DNA of 63,719 nt, counting the filler, from Candidatus Woesearchaeota archaeon (GTDB taxonomy: Archaea; Nanobdellota; Nanobdellia; Woesearchaeales; J072): NCBI GenBank assembly GCA_003695265.1. It is 4 parts of 4 records of this genome, joined end to end, with 100 filler letters (N's around TTAATTAATTAA, not from the genome) between each part and the next. Parts side by side here need not be neighbours in the genome. Positions count along the whole stretch, not along the records: positions 27,902 to 47,512 come from RFII01000092.1; positions 47,613 to 51,732 come from RFII01000093.1; positions 51,833 to 63,719 come from RFII01000096.1; 1 more part is not named here. One strand, given 5' to 3'. The position numbers and the translations under genes are program-made. Below are positions 46,976 to 56,748 of the stretch, piece by piece. Below the pieces are notes generated by a model that was given only the letters and a program-made list of their open reading frames with translations, was not told the origin of the DNA and did no database searches. Each line of letters starts with the position of its first letter. Position 1 is the stretch's first letter.

Positions 46976-47362
46976 TGTAGGGAAGCTGTAAGCCGCCTTC
47001 TGTCAACCTTCCCTTCAAAGGAACAGGTTGCCTTAACATTTAACTAAGCGTCTTAATGACTTGCACTGGCCAGGGCTCGCCGTTTCACCCATTCCACAAA
47101 GAGCGTCCGCGGGTTATCTCGGTTTTGTCGCCAAAACCTTCTCCAGCATCACCCTCCAATGTGGCGGTCTCGTTTCTGAGCGGTTGCCATCCCTTTCGAG
47201 ATCTCCGAAGAGTGGCCTGTTTTTAGTGGGCGGACTTTCCTCACAAACTTTTGCCAAAGTTTGATCAAATGCAGTTAAGTGGGATGTTCTCGTTGCGCTC
47301 GAAATCCCACGAAAATTATTTAATCCTTGGCAAAGTCTGCGAAAGTTAAGCGCTTCCCTACA
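46976..47362 (-). ncRNA. rnpB: RNase P RNA, with an ~100-nt insertion in the P3 region
   Basis: Minus strand has GAGGAAAGTCCGCC (CR-I), GAAAC and GTGAAACGG motifs, ACAGAAGGCGGCTTA (CR-V, pairs as P4), and termini GTAGGGAAGC/GCTTCCCTAC forming P1. Confidence 0.92.
47243..47345 (+). repeat. Copy of the tRNA T-loop intron element inside rnpB (antisense to the RNA)
   Basis: CAAACTTTTG-CCAAAG-TTTGATCAAA...AAGTGGGA...TCCCACGA...AAAGTCTGCGAAAG matches the tRNA-Leu intron 4435-4546 and the tRNA-Gly intron 38779-38870. Confidence 0.8.
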
Positions 47363-47512
47363 TTAATGATGAGATTCATTTTTCTTTTTTAAATCTTTCT
47401 GTAAACAACAAGGTATTCGTAGCATATTATAGGGAACCTTTCTCCTATCTTATCTAAAAACTTTTTAAGGAACAAAAAATATTTTATTAATCTATAATAA
47501 AATCTAAATGGG

Positions 47513-47612
47513 NNNNNNNNNNNNNNNNNNNNNNNNNNNNNNNNNNNNNNNNNNNNTTAATTAATTAANNNNNNNNNNNNNNNNNNNNNNNNNNNNNNNN
47601 NNNNNNNNNNNN
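47513..47612. other. Assembly gap / artificial contig linker
   Basis: N run with central TTAATTAATTAA. Confidence 0.97.
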
Positions 47613-47650
47613 CCGAAACATTTATAAATATCTTGTTTTTTTACCTGAGT

Positions 47651-48910
47651 ATGAGAGGTTTAGAGACTGTAGAAGAATTTCATGCTATTTTTGAGAAGTA
47701 TGAAGGGAGCTTAACCCATATTGTCCCAGTACATGCTGGATTGACAAGACACCATTTAAGTTACGGCTTAGACCCTAATCCTGCGCACAGGTTTCCTGAA
47801 GAATTAAGGGAAGCAGGCTATGATCCGCTGCATGTGAAAAGAATTCTTCTGGCAATTTACCTTAATAATACATCTTTGGGTGAAAATCCTTTAGGAGAAG
47901 AAGGCTCTGATCAAGCAGCACGGGATTCGGCATTGGGAAAAAGAATAATTGAGGAGCTTCCGGACAAAATTTTGATTAATCCGGGAATCCACACAGCTGC
48001 TCTGGCGGAGTTTCCTGACACTTTCATACCGTTTGCTTATGATATAAGATTCAAGAGCCCTTTAATCCTTGAAGAGGGAAAAACAACTGGTGTGGAGAGA
48101 ATAATCAGAGAGGTTTTATACAGAGACAATGTTGTTCAGTACCAGGTTGATTTCAGAGCAGAAGACCCAGTCCTTGGTGAGAAAGTAACATTATTAACAT
48201 TGCTGGCTGAGGGCTCAATGGGATTAAGTTTCTCTGATGACCTTAAAATATCTGAGAACTCACCATTAGCGAGAAAGATAAGAGAGAAAGCAGTAAAACC
48301 GGAAGAAGGGAAAAGTTTTCGCAGAAGCGAAATTGTAGGACATAAAAGATTGGGCTTGTTTTACAGGAGTGTTGATGAGTATGAACCTTTAAGATCTGAT
48401 GAGGGTGTTTCATTTTACCCAATAGAATTATTAAACCTGCTTCCAAGAAATCTTATTGAGATGAAAGAAGAGATTTCTGATCATAACCTAAGTTTAGATG
48501 AAATGGCTGGAAGTGCTAGAAGGAGAGAGGAAATAAGAAGAGAATTAATAGACGCGTACGTGGAAATGGAATGCCTACAAGGAGTTCTAGAGCAGGACAA
48601 AGCTAGAGAGAGAACTTCAGAGCTTGAGAGAGCTTCGTTCATGATTTACAGGGGGCAAACAGCTCTTGTCTGCGGGTGGCCGATTGAGATTCCAGCTAAT
48701 GGAGAAGCAATAATTGATATTGATGCAAGCATGGTAAGAATAAACCCTGTTCTTGGGACTTCAAGCTGGACTCAAAGTTTCTCAAGCAGAGGTGAGAAAC
48801 CACACTTAATCGGAAGGAGTGAGGTTGGAGAAGTAAGGCTTTACACAATCCCTGTTTTGAGGTATGCGTTAAACAACAAAATTAATCTGAGGACGTTAAA
48901 GCCTTTTTGA
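47651..48910 (+). CDS. Hypothetical protein (orphan)
   Basis: About 419-aa ORF; TTTATAAA about 30 nt upstream of ATG 47651 (track start 47633); no motif recognised. Confidence 0.65.
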   Translation: MRGLETVEEFHAIFEKYEGSLTHIVPVHAGLTRHHLSYGLDPNPAHRFPEELREAGYDPLHVKRILLAIYLNNTSLGENPLGEEGSDQAARDSALGKRIIEELPDKILINPGIHTAALAEFPDTFIPFAYDIRFKSPLILEEGKTTGVERIIREVLYRDNVVQYQVDFRAEDPVLGEKVTLLTLLAEGSMGLSFSDDLKISENSPLARKIREKAVKPEEGKSFRRSEIVGHKRLGLFYRSVDEYEPLRSDEGVSFYPIELLNLLPRNLIEMKEEISDHNLSLDEMAGSARRREEIRRELIDAYVEMECLQGVLEQDKARERTSELERASFMIYRGQTALVCGWPIEIPANGEAIIDIDASMVRINPVLGTSSWTQSFSSRGEKPHLIGRSEVGEVRLYTIPVLRYALNNKINLRTLKPF

Positions 48911-48954
48911 TAAGAAGGGTTAATTATTTATATTGATTCTGATAACATTTTTTT

Positions 48955-49518
48955 ATGATAATAACTATTGCAGGAAGGCTGGGCTCTGGAAAGAGCACTC
49001 TTGCGAAGATTGTGGCAAAAAAACTCGGTTTGAAGCATTATTCCACAGGAGACTTTTACAGGGAAATAGCAAGGAAAAGAGGGGTCACTCCATTGGAGTT
49101 AGCTGAGATTGCAAAGCACGACAAGAGTGTTGATAAAATGTTGGACGAGCGACAGGTAAAACTGGGAAAAGAGGAGGATGACTTTGTTATTGATGCTAGG
49201 CTGGGATGGTTCTTTATTCCAAACTCAATAAAAATTTTTTTAGATGTTAGCCAAGAGGAGGGCGCAAGGAGAATTTTCTCACAGAAAAGAAAGGATGAGA
49301 AAGAGAACACAAGCCTTGAGAAGACAATGGAAAACATCAGAAAGCGCGAGGAAAGCGAACACCAAAGATATGAAGAGCTTTACAAAGCAGATTACCTTGA
49401 CCTGTCAAATTATGATTTAGTTGTTGACACCACTAATATTCCAATTGATGGTGTCGCAAAAAAAGTAGTGGAATTCATCAAAAGAAAAACTAAGAGAAAA
49501 CCAAAGCTTTATAAATAA
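48955..49518 (+). CDS. cmk: Cytidylate kinase, archaeal type
   Basis: IITIAGRLGSGKST, STGD..RE.A, D.RLG, RY..LY..D..D.S.YDLV.DT. Confidence 0.92.
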   Translation: MIITIAGRLGSGKSTLAKIVAKKLGLKHYSTGDFYREIARKRGVTPLELAEIAKHDKSVDKMLDERQVKLGKEEDDFVIDARLGWFFIPNSIKIFLDVSQEEGARRIFSQKRKDEKENTSLEKTMENIRKREESEHQRYEELYKADYLDLSNYDLVVDTTNIPIDGVAKKVVEFIKRKTKRKPKLYK

Positions 49519-49566
49519 GGCTTATTCTCTCCTCTTAAAACACTTTCTGAGGGGAAATTGAGAAAA

Positions 49567-50241
49567 ATGGCAAAGCTCAAGAAAGGAGATTTTGTGGAAA
49601 TAGAATACACAGGATGGGACAAGGATAGTGGAGAGGCTTTTGACACAACAGACAAGGAATTTGCAAAAAAAGAGAACCTGTATAATGAAAACATGAAGTA
49701 TGGCCCAGTAATTGTTTGCGTTGGCGAGAGCCATGTCATCAAGGGGCTTGACAAGCATCTTGAAGGCAAGGAAACAGGATCAAAGTTTGAAGTAGTATTA
49801 AAGCCAGAAGAAGCTTTTGGCAAGAAGGATCCAAAACTGCTCAGGCTGGTGCCGAGGTCAGCATTTGCAAAGGAGAATATTAATCCAGTGCCTGGCTTGC
49901 AGGTAAATGTTGATGGAATGATGGGAATGGTAAGAACTGTTAGCGGAGGCCGCATCTTAATTGATTTTAACCACCCATTAGCAAGCAGGGAAATAAAATA
50001 TGAGGTAAAAGTAAACAAGATTGTTGACAACGTTGCTGAGAAGATAAAAGGACTTATTGATGTAAAGCTTAATGCAAAAGCAGACGTGAAAGAAGCAAAC
50101 GGCAATGCCACGATAAGTTTAGAGAGCGAATTGCCAGAGGTAATCCAGAAAAAGATTGAGGAAGACATCAAAAAATTAATACCTGAAGTTAAGAGCGTCA
50201 AATTTAGAAAGAAAGAAACAAAGGAGCAACAGAAAGTTTAA
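49567..50241 (+). CDS. FKBP-type peptidyl-prolyl cis-trans isomerase (long archaeal SlyD-like)
   Basis: GDFV.IEYTG, FDTT, VIKGLD, PEEAFG, DFNHPLA. Confidence 0.93.
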   Translation: MAKLKKGDFVEIEYTGWDKDSGEAFDTTDKEFAKKENLYNENMKYGPVIVCVGESHVIKGLDKHLEGKETGSKFEVVLKPEEAFGKKDPKLLRLVPRSAFAKENINPVPGLQVNVDGMMGMVRTVSGGRILIDFNHPLASREIKYEVKVNKIVDNVAEKIKGLIDVKLNAKADVKEANGNATISLESELPEVIQKKIEEDIKKLIPEVKSVKFRKKETKEQQKV

Positions 50242-50290
50242 ATAGGAGTGTTGTCATAAATATTGTATTACACTCAAGGGTGGTACCAAA

Positions 50291-51355
50291 GTGGAAGAGC
50301 AAGAACAAAAGGGAGTTGATGCTGAATTACAAAATATTTTAACACGCCAAAAAGCAACTATAAAAGTTGTGGGAACCGGTGGCGCAGGCAACAATGCTAT
50401 AAACAGGATTATGGAAGTTGGTATCGTGGGAGCAGAGTCTATAGCAATAAACACAGACGCGCAAGACTTGTTGTACACGACAGCAGACAAGAAGATTTTG
50501 ATAGGAAAAGAACTGACTGGCGGCTTAGGCGCAGGCTCAGTGCCAAAAGTCGGTGAGGATGCTGCTCGCGAGTCAGAGCATGAGATAAAGTCTCACCTTC
50601 AAGGTGCTGACATGGTTTTCATAACATGTGGTCTTGGAGGAGGAACAGGTACAGGAAGCGCCCCTGTAATTGCTGAGGTTGCAAAAAAAGTAGGCGCCTT
50701 GTCAGTCGGCGTTGTGACAATGCCTTTCAGCATGGAGGGAAATAGGCGCTACGAAAACGCTGTTCTTGGTCTTGAAAGAATGGAGCAAGTTGTTGACACA
50801 TTGATAGTTATTCCGAATGACAAATTATTAGAGCTGGCGCCTGACTTGCCGTTGGTGACTGCTTTCAAGGTGGCTGATGAAATATTAACTAACGCAGTTA
50901 AAGGCATAGCAGAGCTTGTCACAAAAGCAGGCCTCGTAAACTTAGACTTTGCTGACATCAGGGCTGTCATGGGCAACGGAGGAGTGGCTTTGATAGGTGT
51001 TGGCGAATCAGACACAGAGAACAGGGCAGTGGAGGCTGTTGAGAAAGCTCTCACAAACCCATTGTTAGACGCTGATATTACAGGAGCAAACGGCGCACTC
51101 ATAAATGTTATGGGAGGTCCTGACATGACGCTTGATGAGGCAAGGCAGGTTGTGGAGCATGTGTCTTCAAGAATGAATGAGGACGCAAGGATTATTTGGG
51201 GAGCGCAGATCTCAGATGATTTGGAGAAGACAATAAGGGCAATGCTCATTGTCACAGGTGTCAAGTCATCTCAGATTCTTGGACCTGGCAGCGAGGTTTC
51301 AGCAAGAAAGAAAGAGGAGATAGAAACAGAGTTGGGCATTGAGTTCGTGGAGTGA
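50291..51355 (+). CDS. ftsZ: Cell division protein FtsZ
   Basis: [22 protein letters not shown] tubulin signature, NLDFAD. Confidence 0.97.
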   Translation: MEEQEQKGVDAELQNILTRQKATIKVVGTGGAGNNAINRIMEVGIVGAESIAINTDAQDLLYTTADKKILIGKELTGGLGAGSVPKVGEDAARESEHEIKSHLQGADMVFITCGLGGGTGTGSAPVIAEVAKKVGALSVGVVTMPFSMEGNRRYENAVLGLERMEQVVDTLIVIPNDKLLELAPDLPLVTAFKVADEILTNAVKGIAELVTKAGLVNLDFADIRAVMGNGGVALIGVGESDTENRAVEAVEKALTNPLLDADITGANGALINVMGGPDMTLDEARQVVEHVSSRMNEDARIIWGAQISDDLEKTIRAMLIVTGVKSSQILGPGSEVSARKKEEIETELGIEFVE

Positions 51356-51360
51356 TGTAA

Positions 51361-51537
51361 ATGGTTGTTTCCAGGCTAAAAAATTTTCTGAGGGAATGCA
51401 GGCGCGTTCTGCGCGCAACAAAAAAACCAGACCGAATGGAATTCACAACCATTGTGAAAGTTTCTGGGCTTGGAATGATAATAATTGGCCTTATAGGCTT
51501 TGTTATAATAATGCTAAAACAATTAATATTCAGGTAA
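51361..51537 (+). CDS. secE: Protein translocase subunit SecE/Sec61gamma (not in ORF track)
   Basis: Manual translation MVVSRLKNFLRECRRVLRATKKPDRMEFTTIVKVSGLGMIIIGLIGFVIIMLKQLIFR; conserved ftsZ-secE-spt5 order. Confidence 0.94.
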   Translation: MVVSRLKNFLRECRRVLRATKKPDRMEFTTIVKVSGLGMIIIGLIGFVIIMLKQLIFR

Positions 51538-51541
51538 GAAA

Positions 51542-51732
51542 ATGGCAGAAAAAGAAGAAGAAATGCACATTTTTGCTTTGAGAACGACTGCAAACAGGGA
51601 AGACCAGGTTATGGACTTTGTTTCAAGCAACGCGGCAAAGAAGAAACTGGAGGTTTATACTATCATAAGGCCTCATGGCATGAGAAGTTATGTTTTCTTA
51701 GAGGCAGCAACAAGGAGTGATGCTGAGCAAGC
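51542..51732 (+). CDS. spt5: Transcription elongation factor Spt5/NusG (3'-truncated by gap)
   Basis: IFALRTTANRE..V, YVFLEA NGN-domain motif; synteny after secE. Confidence 0.9.
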
Positions 51733-51832
51733 NNNNNNNNNNNNNNNNNNNNNNNNNNNNNNNNNNNNNNNNNNNNTTAATTAATTAANNNNNNNNNNNN
51801 NNNNNNNNNNNNNNNNNNNNNNNNNNNNNNNN
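51733..51832. other. Assembly gap / artificial contig linker
   Basis: N run with central TTAATTAATTAA. Confidence 0.97.
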
Positions 51833-51834
51833 TA

Positions 51835-53367
51835 CCAAAAGAAAAAATAGTAAAAACTTATCCTAATCTCAAACATTTCTTTAAAAACACACACGTTCTT
51901 AACATGTTTGTTGAGAATATGTATGATTATTGGCGTAGCTTTGAACGGTTCTTTATATGCTATTCAAACAATGGAAAGAACACTTCTTTTCACAAAAAAC
52001 CAGACAGGACGTTTAACAAAACAGTAGAACATATCAACTATCTTGTTCGTAAACTGTACAGGGACATTTGTGAGAACATAACAAACGAGCGTTGTAGGGT
52101 ATACCGTCAGATACCAGCCGGCTGTCAGATTGGCCTTATAGTTGCCGAAGAGAGTTGGCCTTCTAAACCATTCCCTTATAATAAGCTTAAAAAAATTCCT
52201 TTTATAAGGCAAGTCCTCATTGAACCTCCATTAATAATAGACCCTCCTATAAATAGAAGGACTGGCCAATTCAAGAGAATAAACACAAACCCTCTTTCAG
52301 GATTAAACATTAACTATGAGGATTGGTTGTGTTATCCTGCAAAAGTCGGAAGCCTAATCATCCACTTATTCTTCCACAACAAATTTATTGGGTTGGGAAC
52401 ATCACTTGCAAATCTTTTCGAATTAGCTGATAGTGTTGAGCTTAAAAGAAAACCTGATGCAATCTGCGTTTTTGGAATTCCAGAGCAAAAACTAAGAAAA
52501 TTAGGGAATGATCCGATGTTTTTTGATGATGAAAAAAACAAAATGCTGATAGGTGTGTTTTCTAATTCTGACAAATTTGGTTACTTCGGTTATATAAAAA
52601 AAATGATGCTTACTCTGCACAACATTATAATGATGAAAAGAGGCAGATTACCTGTTCATGGAGCTATGGTAAAAATAAGCTTAAAGAACAGTAAATCATC
52701 TAATATTTTAATTTGGGGTGACAGTGGAACAGGGAAATCAGAGTCATTAGAAGCATTTCGCGTTCTAAGTAAAAAATATCTCCGCGACATGACAATAATC
52801 TTCGATGATATGGGTTCTTTGGAGCTTTCGAAAAACGGAAAAGTAAAAGCTTACGGAACTGAGATAGGGGCATTCATAAGGTTAGATGACCTTAAGCCAG
52901 GGTTTGCTTTTGGAAATATTGACAGGTCTATAATAATGAGCCCGCAAAAAACTAATGCTAGAGCTGTCCTGCCAGTCACAACTATTAAAGAAGTTCTCAA
53001 AGGATATCCAATAAATATTTTATTGTACGCAAACAATTACGAAGAAGTAAATGACGAACACCCTATTTTTGATGAATTTAACTCTGTAAGGTCTGCTATT
53101 GAAGTGTTTCGCAAAGGGGCAAGAATGGCTAAAGGAACAACTACTGAAAAAGGGATAGTTTACTCTTACTTCTCAAACATATTTGGGCCTGTTCAATACA
53201 AAGAACTTTACGAAAAATTAGCAAAAAAATATTTTAGAGCACTATTCAAATCAGGAGTTAAAATTGCTCAGCTTAGGACTAGGTTGGGGATTCCTGGTTT
53301 TGAAACAAAAGGTCCTGAAAGCGCAGCAAAAGCGCTTTTTGAGATTGTATCCAAATCAAAATCTTAA
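51835..53367 (+). CDS. PEP carboxykinase-like P-loop protein (5'-truncated by gap)
   Basis: Frame is open back to the gap. YFGY.KK..LTLHN, PVHGAM, GDSGTGKSE, IFDDM, TEIGAF.R..DL, NAR resemble PEPCK kinase-1/2 motifs. Confidence 0.72.
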   Translation, partial: PKEKIVKTYPNLKHFFKNTHVLNMFVENMYDYWRSFERFFICYSNNGKNTSFHKKPDRTFNKTVEHINYLVRKLYRDICENITNERCRVYRQIPAGCQIGLIVAEESWPSKPFPYNKLKKIPFIRQVLIEPPLIIDPPINRRTGQFKRINTNPLSGLNINYEDWLCYPAKVGSLIIHLFFHNKFIGLGTSLANLFELADSVELKRKPDAICVFGIPEQKLRKLGNDPMFFDDEKNKMLIGVFSNSDKFGYFGYIKKMMLTLHNIIMMKRGRLPVHGAMVKISLKNSKSSNILIWGDSGTGKSESLEAFRVLSKKYLRDMTIIFDDMGSLELSKNGKVKAYGTEIGAFIRLDDLKPGFAFGNIDRSIIMSPQKTNARAVLPVTTIKEVLKGYPINILLYANNYEEVNDEHPIFDEFNSVRSAIEVFRKGARMAKGTTTEKGIVYSYFSNIFGPVQYKELYEKLAKKYFRALFKSGVKIAQLRTRLGIPGFETKGPESAAKALFEIVSKSKS

Positions 53368-54926
53368 CTCTTTTTTCGTATGATCATTTCTGCATGCCTT
53401 ATTATCATGTCAAAGTCTTTCTTATTGGCTTGGTATTTTGCGAATTCTACTAGTGAGCAGAGGTCAAAGCATTCTTTCACGTCTTTGTAGCTCTTATTGT
53501 GTTTTTTCAAATAACTTATCATATCATCGTTTGTAAGCTCTTTTTTCAGGCCGTTCTCATAGCTCAGGTAGAGCCTTAGCGCCTGAGCTGCTCTGCCGTA
53601 AGCGTCCTTGTACTGCTTCTTCTCAAACAGTTTCTTGGCTTCTTCAAGCATCTTCAAGGATTCTGCTGTGTGATCAAACTCTTTTTCCTGCTCTTTTTCT
53701 ACAGTATCATCTTCTTCTGGCTTCGGCTTTTTTGCCAGTTTTTTGTATAAGAAGTAGCCGAGCAGTGCAACCATTATTATAATTATTAAAAGCCGCCAAT
53801 AATTTTTTCCTTTTTTCTCGTTCTCATTGACCAGCTCAACTTTTTCAACAGTATTATTGCCAATCTCTGCCTTTATGAAAGCAGTTTCATTGTTCTTGTT
53901 CACATAATTCATTTTCACAGTTGTTGTGTTGCTTCCATACTCGAATTCAGCGTTCTTTTGGCTGAAGCCCTGCTGCTCCAACTGCTTCTGGTACTGCTGG
54001 AACTGCTTGTTTTTTTGCAATTGCTCAAGCATCTGACTTCTTGCTTCGGGAGTGTCTTTCTGAAAGCTTTTCATCACGCCATTCTGCATTTCACCTTTGA
54101 GTGAAGCTGTTTCCCCCTTTTGGTTTTTGTAATTCATCTCAAAGCTTCCTGAATTGTTTGAGCTTGGGTTTATGCTTGCGCCTGTCAAATTATATCCTTT
54201 GTCCAGTAATTCCTGGTGCTGCTTCTGGAACTCTTCATTTTTTGCAATCTCTTTTTGGAACTGTTCTTTCATGCGCTGCTGCTCTTCCAATTGCTGCTGC
54301 ATCTGCTGCTTTAATGCAGAGCTGTCCTGCGAAAGCTGGTTGTTCTGCAGCCTTTGCTCTGCTGGTTGCTGCTGTTTGGGCTGCTGGCTTCCAAAAACCT
54401 GGTTCATCATTTGCTGCATTCTCTGCTCTTGCTGCGCAAAAGGATTGCTTTGCGGCGTTTGGCTCGCTTTTTGCGAAGAGCTCGACACCTTGTTCTGTTC
54501 GTTCTTCTTCTGCGACTCGTCGCTCACAAAATGTATTTTTATGCCGTCAAGGTTTACTTCCCTTGCCTCATCTTTCGTGTAAGAGAACGTCAGGCTGACA
54601 TCAAGCGTTAAGGGAGTGTCTGACGTTCCAAAACTGAGTGGTATTTCAGTCTCACCTTTTTCTATTGAAAGTGTTGTTGATTTCGTGCTTGAACTCGAGT
54701 ATTGGAAATTGCCTTGGTTGATTGACTGTGTTATCGTGTAGCTTAGCATTCCATTTATTGTTTCCTTATAAGTGTTGTCAGCATTCAGCTTTATTATGGC
54801 ATTTTCTCCTGTCAGAAAGTAATATTCCTTCTGGTCTAAGGAAAGTGTTATGTCTTTTGCCAGCACAGAGGGAAATACTAAAAATATTATTACAGATAAT
54901 ATTATCAAATTCTTAACAACCTTCAT
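53364..54926 (-). CDS. Secreted/membrane-anchored Gln-rich protein (Bat-operon accessory)
   Basis: Signal peptide, Ig-like N-terminal region, Q-rich coiled coil, TM helix, cytoplasmic A..LR.YL...LT..D...VEFAKY domain. Confidence 0.7.
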   Translation of the reverse strand: MKVVKNLIILSVIIFLVFPSVLAKDITLSLDQKEYYFLTGENAIIKLNADNTYKETINGMLSYTITQSINQGNFQYSSSSTKSTTLSIEKGETEIPLSFGTSDTPLTLDVSLTFSYTKDEAREVNLDGIKIHFVSDESQKKNEQNKVSSSSQKASQTPQSNPFAQQEQRMQQMMNQVFGSQQPKQQQPAEQRLQNNQLSQDSSALKQQMQQQLEEQQRMKEQFQKEIAKNEEFQKQHQELLDKGYNLTGASINPSSNNSGSFEMNYKNQKGETASLKGEMQNGVMKSFQKDTPEARSQMLEQLQKNKQFQQYQKQLEQQGFSQKNAEFEYGSNTTTVKMNYVNKNNETAFIKAEIGNNTVEKVELVNENEKKGKNYWRLLIIIIMVALLGYFLYKKLAKKPKPEEDDTVEKEQEKEFDHTAESLKMLEEAKKLFEKKQYKDAYGRAAQALRLYLSYENGLKKELTNDDMISYLKKHNKSYKDVKECFDLCSLVEFAKYQANKKDFDMIIRHAEMIIRKKS

Positions 54927-55801
54927 CTGCCATCACCATTAAACGGGTTGTTAATCCTTATTCTTCCGCAGCAAAAGTCTGACAGGCCAGCATACAAAAA
55001 AGGCCTCTCACCTCTTACATCATCTATTCCTGCTGGGAACACAATATCATCCAGAATTGGTTTGCTTTTCGAAGGTGCTTTGGGGAAATCCTCTCTTCTT
55101 GCCAAAACCTTAAAGTCAGACAACCTTCTTGTTTGTCTGTTGAATATGAAACTCATTGCAACGTAATGCTTTCTGTTGTGCTTGTCAAACCATGCTAAAT
55201 GCCCTATTACTCCTATTCTGCCATTCCCTAAGTTCATAGCTTGGTTTGCTCCGCCCCATTGGTTATCATCGAAAATTCCATTTATCAAATACGCTTTAAC
55301 ATAATCAGCTTCGCCTATTCTTTGAATATCATCAAGGCTTTCCACTTCAAAATATCCTATTCTTCTTTCTTTAAGCTCTTTTCCCCTTGGCCTTGTGAAT
55401 ATGCCTATTGCGCCGTTCAAATCAACAAGCGTTATGTCTTTCATGCCAATAGGTCCTGATGATAAGTACTCAAGCCTTGACAAAGAATCACCAGCATAAA
55501 AGTCAGTCTGCCAGTTTAATTTGCTTCCCTCATTGAAAACATGAACACCTCTCAAAACATATAACCCCTCAATAATAAACACTGCAGGGTCTTGCATTTT
55601 GAAAGAAGGAACATTTCTCATTAATGTATAATAACCGTTTTTTCTTTCAAAAAACATAACTCTTGAATCCGTTTCGCTGTCATAAGGCTCAACTCTTGCA
55701 GCGATTACTTCTCTTCCTTGATACTCAAACGGCACGCTTGGGTTATAAACTGTTTTATTTCCTTGGCCTTCAAACCTCAGCAATTCTGAACTTTCTTTCA
55801 T
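54923..55801 (-). CDS. DUF1861 / MTP-like five-bladed beta-propeller glycoside phosphorylase or mannosyltransferase
   Basis: VYNPS.PF, RVE, QDP, GP.GMKDI.LV, IFTRP, WGGAN, GVIGH, D.VFP.G, LYAGLSD. Confidence 0.75.
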   Translation of the reverse strand: MKESSELLRFEGQGNKTVYNPSVPFEYQGREVIAARVEPYDSETDSRVMFFERKNGYYTLMRNVPSFKMQDPAVFIIEGLYVLRGVHVFNEGSKLNWQTDFYAGDSLSRLEYLSSGPIGMKDITLVDLNGAIGIFTRPRGKELKERRIGYFEVESLDDIQRIGEADYVKAYLINGIFDDNQWGGANQAMNLGNGRIGVIGHLAWFDKHNRKHYVAMSFIFNRQTRRLSDFKVLARREDFPKAPSKSKPILDDIVFPAGIDDVRGERPFLYAGLSDFCCGRIRINNPFNGDGR

Positions 55802-56748
55802 TGTATTATCCTCTTCCAGCCATACCTTAAGTACAAGTATATCATGAATGTTATCATGGCAGCAGCGAAGAACCAGTCCTTGATGCTTGTCTCCTCTTTC
55901 TCTCTCTTAATTTCTTTGCTTATGCTCTTGTAAATCTCGTCCAGTGTTTTGTCATTCACGGACTTGAAGTACTTGCCACCTGTCTGCTCAGCTATTGCTT
56001 TGAGGGTTTCCTCGTCAAGCTCAGCGTACTGCGGCCTGCCGAACCAGTCATAGCCAAGAACAACTTTTTCTTCAGAGCCCATTCCAATTGTGTAAACCTG
56101 AATTTTGTTTGATTTCGCGAACTCGACAGCCTCCGCAGGCGAAATTACTCCAGCATTGTTAACACCGTCAGAGAGAAGAATAACTACTTTTTTCTTGTTC
56201 GGTATTGAGGTTGCCATGTCTATCCCTAATGAAAGCCCGTCTCCAATGGCTGTTTTTCCCTCTTTTGGCGCTATGCTCCTGAGCTTTTTGATAACGTTCT
56301 CCTTATAAGGGCTTAGGTAAGCTGCTGTTGTTGCGCCGGACTCAAAAACGACTATTCCCGCATGGTCTTTCTCCTTTAATGATTTCAGCAGTATCTCAGC
56401 AGACTTTTTTGCAGCCTCAAGCCTTGTTGGCTTGTAGTCAGTTGCCTGCATGCTTCCTGAAACGTCCATGACAAGCACGACATTAACGCCTTCTTTAGTT
56501 TGCTTTAGTGGTATGTGCGGGTTTGCAAAGCCGATAATCATGAAAACAAGCACGAGCAGTGACAAGTAGAACAGCATGTCGTTCCGCCTGGATTTTTTTT
56601 TGTCGCCAAGAGCAGATTTTATGAAGCTTAAGCTGCTGAACTTCATTGCGTCCTGCTTCTTTTTTGCGAGGACTCGCCTGTAAATAAAATACATTATTGG
56701 GATTAGCAAAAGAAATGTCAAAACCCACGCGTCGCTGAACCCTGGCAT
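55798..56748 (-). CDS. von Willebrand factor A domain protein (BatA-like)
   Basis: N-terminal BatA TM region; MIDAS DVSGSM, TAIGDG, LLSDG; C-terminal TM. Confidence 0.92.
   Translation of the reverse strand: MPGFSDAWVLTFLLLIPIMYFIYRRVLAKKKQDAMKFSSLSFIKSALGDKKKSRRNDMLFYLSLLVLVFMIIGFANPHIPLKQTKEGVNVVLVMDVSGSMQATDYKPTRLEAAKKSAEILLKSLKEKDHAGIVVFESGATTAAYLSPYKENVIKKLRSIAPKEGKTAIGDGLSLGIDMATSIPNKKKVVILLSDGVNNAGVISPAEAVEFAKSNKIQVYTIGMGSEEKVVLGYDWFGRPQYAELDEETLKAIAEQTGGKYFKSVNDKTLDEIYKSISKEIKREKEETSIKDWFFAAAMITFMIYLYLRYGWKRIIQ

Noticed and set aside
47061..47264. 67-aa ORF in the track
   Set aside because: Antisense to the RNase P RNA; no coding features.
54154..54582. Cys-rich 142-aa ORF resembling a metallothionein
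   Set aside because: It is the reverse complement of CAG/CAA Gln codons in the Q-rich gene.
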